From assembly GCA_963825315.1 (NCBI GenBank), contig CAWGST010000001.1, positions 270,556 through 334,555 of the forward strand: 64,000 nucleotides of DNA. The letters are read 5' to 3'. Of this stretch, positions 29,272 through 38,521 are shown one piece after another. Under the pieces are notes generated by a model, which had not been told where the DNA came from, did not search any database, and saw nothing but the letters and a program-made list of their open reading frames with translations. Within the stretch, counting starts at the first letter, position 1. Each line of letters starts with the position of its first letter. The DNA comes from an uncultured Verrucomicrobiae bacterium (lineage in GTDB: Bacteria; Verrucomicrobiota; Verrucomicrobiia; Limisphaerales; Palsa-1400). The position numbers and the translations under genes are program-made.

Positions 29272-31362
29272 ATGATAGATCAGGAAATAACTGCGGTTCA
29301 CAAAACAAAACTGGAAGACCGTATTCATTTTTCACAATTAGCTGCCTATGGTGCCGGGGGCATTATTCCCATTGCCCTCTTCAACATTGCCGGCATACTC
29401 GTAGGCTTGATGGGAAATATAAGCCTGGGGCTCAGTGCCTTCTGGCTGGGCGTAATCTTGATCATCCCGCGTTTGTGGGATGCGCTTTCTGATCCCATCA
29501 TCGGTCACCTTTCCGATAATACAAGGACCCGTTGGGGGCGCCGGCGTCCATACCTGCTGATAGGAGGCATACTGGTTGCTGTCTTTTTTGTGGTCATGTG
29601 GTGGATCCCCAAAGGTGATAGGGTGCGGGTCTGGTTCCCGACAGAAACGGGCTTCCAGGCGTTTCAGCTGGTCTATATTCTTTTCTCCCTCCTGTTATTT
29701 TTCACTGCCTGTAATATTTTTGAGATCCCTCATGGTGCCCTGGGCATGGAGATGACCACTGACTACCACGAACGCACTCGCCTTTTCAGTGCCAAGAGTT
29801 TTTCCGGCAATCTTTTTGCCATGAGCACACCCTGGCTTTTTGCCCTCGCCAACATGAAACTTTTCAAAGGCGCAGGAAACGAAGCCGATGGCATGCGTTA
29901 TGTGTCCATCATGATCGCGGCTTTGATCATCCCCCTCTCTTTCTGGTGGTTTTTCAAATTGCGCGAGCCGGGATTTGCAAATGCGGCAAAGCATGAAAGG
30001 ACCCCCTTCTGGAAAGATATCAAACGCACCGCCAGCAACAGGAACTTTCTTATGCTGACCCTGACAATTTTCACCCTGGCCATGGGTTTCAATTTCGTCC
30101 AGCTTCTCGGGTCATACATCCCTATTTTTTATGTTTTCGGGGGTAACAAAGCTGCGGGCGCTTATCTGCTCGGAATCAACGGTACCATCTGGGCCATCAC
30201 CGGACTACTGGCCGTTTTCCTACTGAACTGGATCAGCCCAAAATTGGGCAAACGGAATACCCTTACGATGGCCATCTTACTCATGTGCCTGGCACAACTC
30301 TCTAAGGTTGTCTGCTACAATCCTAGCTTTCCCTACCTGATCATTATACCCACCGTTCTGCTTTCCGCGGCGATGCTGTTCTTCTTCACACTTGGATCTT
30401 CTATGGTAGGCGATATCTGTGATGAAGATGAATTAAAGACGGGTTATCGCGCCGAGGGAAGTTACTACTCTATATTCTGGTGGTTGATTAAAATGGGAAC
30501 GGCATTTGCCAGCTTTGTCGCAGGCGCACTGATAGTATTGACCGCCTTTGACCAAATCCAGGTTACGAAAGTCGATAGCATCTCGGGGATTATCAGGGGA
30601 ATTCGCAGCGAGGTTCAGTCCTGGGGAGGCGATCAGGCTTTCAGCGGCACCAACACGCAGTTGCTGGGGAAAACCAAAACGCAGGTCACTGAGGCACTCG
30701 ATGAGGCAAAAGAATACGTGAGCTACCTGCAGAAGAAATCTGTAAAACAACAAAACAAATCTGAGGAATCTGTTACTAAATACCAAACCGGCCAGCGCGA
30801 CAGGTTGCTGAATGCATTGTTCGCGGTAAAAGCCTCGGCCGCAGGACTGGAAGAGTTGCGATTGCATTTGGAGAACCTTGGGCCCCAGGCCCTGGACTCC
30901 CAGGTCAAAGCCACTGTGGCAGAAGCCATTCGCCTGACACTTCAAACCAAGGTTGAGAAAGCCAGGATGTATTCGTTTGAGCTTATGTCGCATCTGGAAT
31001 CCAAATCAGAGGAGAGTAAAAACAGTGTAGAGCATTATCAGGAGATCATCAGGAACATCACCACATTAGATAACCACCTTGCCAGCCTGAATGCGGCGTC
31101 ATCCCTGCATATTGTGGACAATGAGCTGGCAACAATAGAAAAGGACATTTTACCGCTGACAAAACAAACACCTTATACCCTTCTGATGATGCGGGTGGTC
31201 GAGATCGGGCTGCCCTTGTTATTGAGCATTTTTTCCATCTTTTTTCTCCTCCGTTACTCGTTGACTGAAAATCGGTCGCAGGAGATCAAAAATCTTTTAA
31301 AGCAACGTAATGAGGAACGTTCAAAAGAGGCCATCAAGGCGACGGGATCAGCGACTGTTTAA
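29272..31362 (+). CDS. GPH-family (MelB/YicJ-like) glycoside:cation symporter with a ~208-aa insertion between the last two TM helices
   Basis: Carries the GPH hallmark DALSDPIIGHLSDNTRTRWGRRRPYLL. I count 11 TM segments up to aa ~426. A hydrophilic heptad-rich segment follows (aa ~427-634), and then the canonical last helix plus tail LLMMRVVEIGLPLLLSIFSIFFLLRYSLTENRSQEI. Confidence 0.8.
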   Translation: MIDQEITAVHKTKLEDRIHFSQLAAYGAGGIIPIALFNIAGILVGLMGNISLGLSAFWLGVILIIPRLWDALSDPIIGHLSDNTRTRWGRRRPYLLIGGILVAVFFVVMWWIPKGDRVRVWFPTETGFQAFQLVYILFSLLLFFTACNIFEIPHGALGMEMTTDYHERTRLFSAKSFSGNLFAMSTPWLFALANMKLFKGAGNEADGMRYVSIMIAALIIPLSFWWFFKLREPGFANAAKHERTPFWKDIKRTASNRNFLMLTLTIFTLAMGFNFVQLLGSYIPIFYVFGGNKAAGAYLLGINGTIWAITGLLAVFLLNWISPKLGKRNTLTMAILLMCLAQLSKVVCYNPSFPYLIIIPTVLLSAAMLFFFTLGSSMVGDICDEDELKTGYRAEGSYYSIFWWLIKMGTAFASFVAGALIVLTAFDQIQVTKVDSISGIIRGIRSEVQSWGGDQAFSGTNTQLLGKTKTQVTEALDEAKEYVSYLQKKSVKQQNKSEESVTKYQTGQRDRLLNALFAVKASAAGLEELRLHLENLGPQALDSQVKATVAEAIRLTLQTKVEKARMYSFELMSHLESKSEESKNSVEHYQEIIRNITTLDNHLASLNAASSLHIVDNELATIEKDILPLTKQTPYTLLMMRVVEIGLPLLLSIFSIFFLLRYSLTENRSQEIKNLLKQRNEERSKEAIKATGSATV

Positions 31363-31425
31363 GCTGGGCCACGAGTATGCCCTTCGGACTGTGACGCTTA
31401 GTAATAAAAATATACAATCAAGAGA

Positions 31426-33862
31426 ATGACATTCAATATTAAAGAAAGCAATTTTTATTTAAATAAAAAGAAAGTGTTCGTGAATTCAGGGGAGATCCAT
31501 TATTTCAGGGTCAGACGGGAACTGTGGGACAAGCACCTGGAAGCAGCCAGGGAGGCCAGGCTTAACCGCCGTCAGCACTTACGTCCCTTGGGCATGGCAC
31601 GAATCAGAGGAAGGCGTTTTTGATTTTGACGGCGCCTCATGCCCGGAACGCGACCTCGAAGGCTGGCTGCAGCGATGCCAGGCCAACGGATTGACCTGCA
31701 TCGTCAAACCGGGGCCGTTTATCCTGGCCGAGACCCGTGGAGCGGGGCTACCGGACTGGTTCATGGATGAATACCGGGAAGAAGTCAAGATGCGCAACAG
31801 TAAGGGTGAGACCGTGCCAGGCGACGGAGTCAGTCTGTTCAACCCAAAATTCCTGGAGAAGGTAACGCATTGGTACGACCAGGTCATGCCCTTGATCAGC
31901 AAAGGCGAAATATCGGCCGGCGGTCCGATTATCATGATGCAGATCTGTAATGAGATCGGTGTATTCTCATGGCTGGCGCACCAGGGAGACTATTCTGAAA
32001 ATGTCAGGGCTCGTTTCATTTCATACTTGTCAACCAAATTCAAAAATATTGCGGAAATTAACGGCCGGTGGGGAACGGTTTACCCGGACTTTGCCGACAT
32101 AGAACTTCCCCCTGACGGCAGGCTTTCTTATGCCTCAAAGGTTGACCGAAGCCGTGATTATGAATGGCATTGTTTCTGGAGAACCTATTACGGCGATTAT
32201 TTAAGAATGCTGACCGGCATGGCCAGGGACAGGGGGGTGACGGTTCCGTTTTATCATAATCTTCCGGGCTGGATCTATGGAAGCGGCTATGAATTCCCGG
32301 TCAATATCACCATGTACCAAGATCTCTTCGGGGATAAGAGCGAGATCATGTTCGGCGTCGATCATATCCCGGAATTCCTTTCGCACCGTAACATGCACGA
32401 TGATCGAATCATAAACGACATCACTTTTGCCATGCAGGGGAACAAGCCGTTGTTTGCCGCCGAGCTCCAGTGCGGCTCCCGGGAATACCACGTGGTGACG
32501 AACCCCCGTGAGATGGAACTTTTCTACAAAGCAAGCATCGCCCACGGACTGACCGGCTGGAATTATTACATGTTCTCCCAGGGGCGAAACCCAAGGCACA
32601 GGGGCTATTCCGGGGAAACGTTCTACTGGTTCACCCCGTTGACGCCGGAAGGCGAGCGCACCAGCGCTTTCCCCCTGATTAAACGGATGAGCAAAATCGT
32701 TAAGACTGCCGAAAACCTGATCGTTGAGGCAAAACGTAAGGCAGAGGTCTGCGTCCTTTTCTATCCGCCTTATTATACCACCGAACTCGAGAGACCTGAA
32801 ACAGGAGCAAGCGAGCTTCTATACAACCCTTCAGCCATCCGCAGGCCGGCCTATTTCGACGGCTTGCTGAAAGTGCTCCAGGTGCTCAACATTGATTATG
32901 ACATGCTGGACCTATGCCAGGCTACAACTGAACAATTAGGCAAATACAAGCAGGTCTGGGCGTTCAGCACCGATGAAATGGATGCCGGGGATCAACAGAC
33001 CCTTGTTGATTATACCAAGGCCGGCGGCATGTTAGTTATGTTTCCGTATCTGCCTGAACGCGGGATGTCGCAAAAGCCTTGCACCATCATACGAGATGCC
33101 ATCTTAGTAAAGCCATCCGAGACGGAGATCATCGATTCTCCCCTGATCGATATATATGACTTGAAGGACATCAAGTGTGCCAATCCCCAAATCATTTATG
33201 ATGAGCCATCGCTCGCCGATGCAGAGGTCATCGCAAGGACGATTCGCGGTTCCGCGTGCGGATTCACAAAAGCCCTTGGCGGCGGCGCCATCATACACCT
33301 GGGAACGTGGATCGGATTTGACACTGAAAGGCATAAAGAAGTGTATGAAGCCATCCTCACGAAATCAGGTTCAAAGCTCAGGCAGGCATCAGCATCCAAT
33401 GACAATATAGCAGTCAGGGAGCGCTTTACGCCTGATCATGCCGCAGTTCTTTTCATTGGCAACTATTACAACGACGAACAGGACGGCAAAGTCACCTATA
33501 CGCATCCTGAAAGCGGGGAGGCCATCAATGTACCATACGCGCAGGACGGGATGATATGGCCGCCCCTTTACGGCGTATTGACCCCGGTGTGCATGGATGT
33601 TTCTGATGGCATTAAGATCCTGCATAGCACCTCGGATATTCTCGGTGTTGCAGGGAAAAACGGCCAGATGGAGATCACCATGTACGGAGATCGAGACCTG
33701 GCCGGGGAGATCGTTTTTGAGGGTGCCATGGTTGATAAGATCAAATCTGCGACAATTTGCGGCAACCCTGTAAAAATGGTTCGTGACGACACACGCATCA
33801 CATTCATATACAGTCACAAACATAAACAAGAAATAACCATAAGTATCAAGATAATATCATGA
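31426..33862 (+). pseudogene. GH35-like (clan GH-A) beta-galactosidase-family hydrolase, reading frame broken near 31558
   Basis: ORF 31426..31623 has FVNSGEIHYFRVRRELWDKHLEAAREA and then junk. The +1 frame continues GLTAVSTYVPWAWHESEEGVFDFDG...CIVKPGPFILAETRGAGLPDWF...MMQICNEIG (ORF 31691..33862). An extra nucleotide around gcc-a-ggc explains the split. Confidence 0.7.
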
Positions 33863-33993
33863 AAAGTCACTCTGTGAACCTCCGTATAACAATTATGTAT
33901 AAGTTGCACAGACTTATACAGCGGGATTACAGAATAACACAGAGGACTCATAATACACTCTTATAACCAATCACTTTGAAAGACTAGAAGAAG

Positions 33994-36900
33994 ATGTCCT
34001 TGAACAACAATATGACTCTTAAGAATTCTCTTGGTTTATCTTTTGCATTCCTTAAAAATGGCTCTCTGAAGAGCATGGAAGCTCATCTTATCAGGATAAA
34101 CCTCAAAGCTGCAACTCCTTTTTCAAAACCAGGTGCGAACCTCTACCTGAGGAAAAGAAAACAACCATTTGAATATACCGCTCTTCTAGGCCCGGAAGGT
34201 AACAGCCTTTTTAAAATGGCCGGCGATGCTTTTATTGCCAGGGGAGGCTGGGCCGGTCTTGATTACACCTGCGTGCTGCGACTGTCAAAGAACAGCCTGA
34301 GCTGGCAGTGGAGTGTTGGTATCAAAAATCTGTCTGACAATCCTGTTGAACTGGATCTGATTTACGTCCAGGACGCCGGGCTGAAGCCAGTGAATGCCGG
34401 GTTGATCAACGAATACTATGTGAGCCAGTACCTGGAACGCCGCATCCTCGAAGATAAAATCTTTGGTGCCGTGGCATGCTGCCGTCAGAACATGAAGGAA
34501 TCAACCGGCCATCCCTGGTTTATGATGGCATGCAAAAACACAGCAGTGGCAGGTAGTGTCGACGGCATGCAGTTTTATGGCAAGACATACCGGGAAACAG
34601 GCATCCCGGAAGGGCTGCTTGCAGATAACCCGGGGGGTGATTATGCCGGGGAATCTTCGGTATTTGCCTTGCGGGAAACACCGTTCAGCCTGGACGCCGG
34701 CGGGGTTCATAACAGTGTTTTTGTTGGTACCTATCTGCCGGATCATCCACAGGCCACATCAGAGGATGATCTTAACCGCTTACCCAGCCTAATGCTCGAA
34801 TGCAATGATGAGACCCCGTTTCAGCACGCGAATGACCTGATTTCCCCGGCAAGGAATTTATTCAATACAACTCCTTTCTTACCGGTGGATGATCTGAATG
34901 ATGATGAGCTTAACCGCTTTTTTGATAAGGAAAGGCGCCATCGTGAAGATGAAAATGGCCGGTTGCTGTCATTCTTCAGCCTGCAAAACAACCATGTCGT
35001 GCTGCGGGCTAAAGAGGTAATGGCTGACCGGCCGCATGCGCACATTATGCAAGCCCGGGCCGGGTATGTGCCTGATGAAAGCATTATGTCCACCACCTCC
35101 TTTGCATTTGGGGTTTTCAATTCACATATAACACAGGGCAATACCATTTTCAACGTGCTGCTCTCGGTCTGCACCAGCCAGTTCAATCTCGCCCCGGAAA
35201 CGGGTCAGCGGATCTTTGTGGAGGTGGATGGAAGGCGCTATTTGCTTGGGGTTCCCTCTGCTTTCGAGATGGGCCTGAATCACTGCCGGTGGATTTATAA
35301 ACACGGCAATTACTGCTTCCAGGTCCGTTCCTGGACCTCTAAAGCCGCTCCGCAGGTCAATATGGACTTTAAAGTGATCAGTGGAAATAAAGTGAAGTTG
35401 CTCATTACTCATGATTTTGATGCTCTTGACGGCTGGACCATTTACCCCGGGAGCAAAGCCGGTGAATATATGGCCAAACCAAAGGCAGACAGCATGATCG
35501 CGGGCAAATTTCCGGATGCACGATTCAGCATTTTGATAAACAGCGCCGGTTCTGATTACCGGGCTTGTGGCGACGAAGCGCTATATCCTCACCATAACGG
35601 CCAGGGAGGCTGTTTGTTCGTCCTCGATGTCCGTGAAACCGCAGATTTCTGCATGAGTTTCATCGGTGAAGCGCATTCTGCCGCCGATGCGGTTAAATTT
35701 GAAGATCCTGATCGTCAGTGGCTCTCAGATTGCCAGGATGCACGCTCTTCCTGGAAAGATTTGAGTTTGAACCTTTCCCTGCAAGGAATCCAGGAAGACA
35801 TCGCAGCCATCCAGGAGATCCTGCCCTGGTATGGCATGAACGCCATCACCCATTTTCTGACCCCTTACGGGCTGGAGCAATTCAGCGGCGCCGCCTGGGG
35901 CACGCGCGATGTGTCCCAGGGGCCGCTTGACCTGCTGTTAACCCTTGAAAAGTATGATGAAGCCAGGCAAGTGTTGTGCATCATATTCTCAAACCAGAAC
36001 CCGGATGGCGGATGGCCGCAATGGTGGATGTTCGACAGCTACTCGAATATCCGGGCTGACAGCTCCCACGGCAATATCTTTCACTGGTGCATCATTGCCC
36101 TCAGCAACTATGTCGAAGTTACCGGCAACCTGAAAATTCTGGACGAGGTCCTTCCTTATTATCATGAAAAAGGTCCTGCCCAGGCTGAGCAAACGCCGCT
36201 CAGCGAGCATGTTGACCGGCTTATTAAAATGATCGTTGATTCATTCATTCCGGGCACTGCATTTGCACCCTTTGGCGGCGGTGACTGGAATGATTCCCTG
36301 CAGCCGGTCAGTAAGGAATTAGCACAACGAATGATCTCAAGCTGGACAGTCGAGATGAATTACCAGGCCTTTTCTCAATACCAATTGGTATATGAACAGA
36401 CCGGTAATACAAGAAAAGCCGGAGAACTGAAAGAAATCTGCGAAAAGATCAAAGCTGATTTCAACAAATATCTGGTCAAGGATGGCGTCGTTGCGGGATA
36501 TGGCCTGGTTGAAGACGACCGTAGCATTAGCGTACTGCTACACCCAAGTGATACCAAAACCGGGATCCGGTACAGTATCTTGCCAATGAACCGTGGCATC
36601 ATCAGCGAGATATTCACTAGCGAACAGGCGCAGCATCACCAGGATCTCATTGAACTGCATCTGAAAGGCCCTGACGGCGCCCGCCTTTTGGACCGTCCGC
36701 TAAGGTACAAAGGGGGTATCCAAACCATTTTCCAGAGGGCGGAAAGCAGCACCTTCTTTGGCCGCGAGATTGGCCTGATGTACGTGCATGAGCATATCCG
36801 TTATGCAGAAGCACAGGCCCGTACAGGCAGGGCGGATGCCTTCATGAAAGCGCTCCGCCAAGCCATCCCGGTGGGGTACAGGGATGTTGTCCCATGCGGG

Positions 36901-37356
36901 GATATCCGCCAGTCAAATTGCTATTACAGCAGCTCGGATGTTATCTTCAGGAACCGTTATGAGGCGGATGAACGTTACGATGAAATACTAACCGGCAAGA
37001 TCACGCTTAGAGGCGGATGGCGGGTGTATTCCAGCGGGCCTGGTATATACATCGGCCTGGTCGTTTCGCGATTGCTTGGCTTGCGGATTGTATCAGGGAA
37101 GATCATCGTCGATCCTGTCATGCCGCATTCCCTGGATGGTTTATCCGCCTCAATGGATTTATTGGATCATGCTGTGACGTTCAATTATGCTGTCAAGGAA
37201 GGTAATTTCAGCCCCAAAGCTGTTTCCATTAATGGCAAGGCCATTCAGTTCAAGTATGAAGAAAACAAATACCGCAAGGGCGGAGCAGTGATGTCAGTTG
37301 AGCAATTTTTAGCCATGCTGGATCGGCAGCAGAATGTTGTGGAGGTAAGGTTATAG
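33994..37356 (+). CDS. Large GH94-like (alpha/alpha)6 glycoside phosphorylase/hydrolase superfamily protein (GH94/GH149/GH161-type)
   Basis: 1120-aa ORF. The central/C-terminal region (SGAAWGTRDVSQGPLDLLL...NPDGGWPQWWMF...GGGDWNDSL...FFGREIGLMYVHEHIRYAEAQARTGRAD) resembles the catalytic barrel of cellobiose-phosphorylase-like enzymes. The exact family cannot be assigned by eye. Confidence 0.55.
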   Translation: MSLNNNMTLKNSLGLSFAFLKNGSLKSMEAHLIRINLKAATPFSKPGANLYLRKRKQPFEYTALLGPEGNSLFKMAGDAFIARGGWAGLDYTCVLRLSKNSLSWQWSVGIKNLSDNPVELDLIYVQDAGLKPVNAGLINEYYVSQYLERRILEDKIFGAVACCRQNMKESTGHPWFMMACKNTAVAGSVDGMQFYGKTYRETGIPEGLLADNPGGDYAGESSVFALRETPFSLDAGGVHNSVFVGTYLPDHPQATSEDDLNRLPSLMLECNDETPFQHANDLISPARNLFNTTPFLPVDDLNDDELNRFFDKERRHREDENGRLLSFFSLQNNHVVLRAKEVMADRPHAHIMQARAGYVPDESIMSTTSFAFGVFNSHITQGNTIFNVLLSVCTSQFNLAPETGQRIFVEVDGRRYLLGVPSAFEMGLNHCRWIYKHGNYCFQVRSWTSKAAPQVNMDFKVISGNKVKLLITHDFDALDGWTIYPGSKAGEYMAKPKADSMIAGKFPDARFSILINSAGSDYRACGDEALYPHHNGQGGCLFVLDVRETADFCMSFIGEAHSAADAVKFEDPDRQWLSDCQDARSSWKDLSLNLSLQGIQEDIAAIQEILPWYGMNAITHFLTPYGLEQFSGAAWGTRDVSQGPLDLLLTLEKYDEARQVLCIIFSNQNPDGGWPQWWMFDSYSNIRADSSHGNIFHWCIIALSNYVEVTGNLKILDEVLPYYHEKGPAQAEQTPLSEHVDRLIKMIVDSFIPGTAFAPFGGGDWNDSLQPVSKELAQRMISSWTVEMNYQAFSQYQLVYEQTGNTRKAGELKEICEKIKADFNKYLVKDGVVAGYGLVEDDRSISVLLHPSDTKTGIRYSILPMNRGIISEIFTSEQAQHHQDLIELHLKGPDGARLLDRPLRYKGGIQTIFQRAESSTFFGREIGLMYVHEHIRYAEAQARTGRADAFMKALRQAIPVGYRDVVPCGDIRQSNCYYSSSDVIFRNRYEADERYDEILTGKITLRGGWRVYSSGPGIYIGLVVSRLLGLRIVSGKIIVDPVMPHSLDGLSASMDLLDHAVTFNYAVKEGNFSPKAVSINGKAIQFKYEENKYRKGGAVMSVEQFLAMLDRQQNVVEVRL

Positions 37357-37362
37357 AGATTC

Positions 37363-37560
37363 TTATTCCTTATGTTCGTCTTCAATTGTCAGTTGGGCGT
37401 AGTAGCGGCCGTTGCGCACCCACAAACCGCGAATCGGGTGCTTGCGCTCGTCGAACACCTTGAGGTAGGGTAACGCCTGATGATGAACTTCAGCCACAAC
37501 GTGTGCGGCGGCGGCCGGAATTGCCTGGCTGCCATTGCTTGGGCTGGTATTGCCTTTCAT
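37363..37560 (-). pseudogene. N-terminal stub (~65 aa) of a tyrosine-integrase-like gene
   Basis: ORF 37363..37578. LPYLKVFDERKHPIRGLWVRNGRYYAQLTIEDE resembles integrase N-terminal arm-binding regions. The frame terminates (HKE*) exactly where G+C drops and the GH94-like gene ends (37356). Confidence 0.4.
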
Positions 37561-37641
37561 GGGGCAACACCAGCACAATCACCAGCACAACGTCAAATGA
37601 GAAGAAGCGTAAAAGTTGTAAGGTGTTCATAATCAATATGT

Positions 37642-37725
37642 GCGCGAGTGGTGGAATGGCAGACACGCCAGACTTAGGATCTGGTCCCGCAGGGGGTGGA
37701 GGTTCGAGTCCTCTCTCGCGCACCA
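37642..37725 (+). tRNA. tRNA-Leu (anticodon UAG), class II with long variable arm, CCA encoded
   Basis: Folded by hand. The acceptor GCGCGAG pairs with CTCGCGC. The anticodon stem is CCAGA/TCTGG with loop CTTAGGA (anticodon TAG). The T-arm is GGAGG-TTCGAGT-CCTCT, followed by a terminal ACCA. Confidence 0.9.
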
Positions 37726-37848
37726 TTTGTCTGCAAAGGCGCGGGCCAATTCCAACTCGATTTCAGTCTTTCGCCACAATCGAACCACTGATTTGCGGCA
37801 AAGAACCGCCAGAAAGGCAAGATGGGATGATAGGAGGTCTGAAAAACC

Positions 37849-37930
37849 CGTAACACCGTAACAAGTGTTGATAGTCAACGACTTAACCCGTAACATTTGC
37901 CGTTACAAACCCGTAACAAGCCCGTTACAT
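37849..37930. repeat. Cluster of six 8-mers: CCGTAACA x4 (direct) and CCGTTACA x2 (= TGTAACGG inverted)
   Basis: CCGTAACA at 37849, 37857, 37889 and 37912. CCGTTACA at 37901 and 37923. The cluster lies 124 nt 3' of the tRNA-Leu. Confidence 0.9.
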
Positions 37931-37956
37931 TAACGATAAAGCCGGCTTCCGAAGTG

Positions 37957-38058
37957 AATTAAGATTTAAGAAGTAAGAATTAAGAAATCTGAAAAACAGC
38001 CAAAAGTCGAACCGGATTCCTCTTTTGACTTCTTAATTCTGCCTTCTTCCTTCTGCCT
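37957..38058. repeat. Inverted pair of AT-rich TTCTTAA-type repeat blocks
   Basis: gaattaagatttaagaagtaagaattaagaaatc (37957-37990) faces cttcttaattctgccttcttccttctgcc (38030-38058). It contains the reverse complement of the 16-mer TTCTTAATTCTTACTT (37972-37987) and the 20-mer CTTCTTAATTCTGCCTTCTT (38030-38049). Confidence 0.85.
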
Positions 38059-38082
38059 TTTTCATGGGTGCCCGGAGAGATC

Positions 38083-38289
38083 ATGGAAACCTTCAATTTC
38101 GGCAAATTGTCCGGTCCGGCGACGCCTTTGAACGGTTCAATCGCCCCCAAGACGGGCCTGTTGAAAGTGACTTTCGGGAGCGGCGCGTCAAAAACAACCG
38201 GCTACGGCGTGATTTTGCTCAATGGAACCAATGGCGGCGGTTATTTTCTGAACAAAACCAATGCCGGAGCGGTCATCTTGGAGCCTTAA
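38083..38289 (+). CDS. Small ORF, possibly an orphan C-terminal fragment of a large surface protein
   Basis: METFNFGKLSGPATPLNGSIAPKTGLLKVTFGSGASKTTGYGVILLNGTNGGGYFLNKTNAGAVILEP is beta-rich and resembles C-termini of large PVC surface proteins as I recall them. It overlaps an alternative-frame ORF (38064..38318). Weak. Confidence 0.25.
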   Translation: METFNFGKLSGPATPLNGSIAPKTGLLKVTFGSGASKTTGYGVILLNGTNGGGYFLNKTNAGAVILEP

Positions 38290-38521
38290 ACGCATCGCAA
38301 CCACCCCCGAATCATTAGCGATGTGCCTGGGAACTCACCAAATAGGCGCACCAAAATAGGCGGGGCGGTTTCGGACGACTGGTTCCGTCGGCGGGACGCC
38401 GACGGATGCGGTCGAGACGACCGCGCTCCTGAAGAAATCGCTAATACGGCTTCCGGCCTATTGACGGTCATGCTAGAGTTTTTTATTTGAAAAAGAATTA
38501 TGAACTTGGAAAAAGCAGTTT

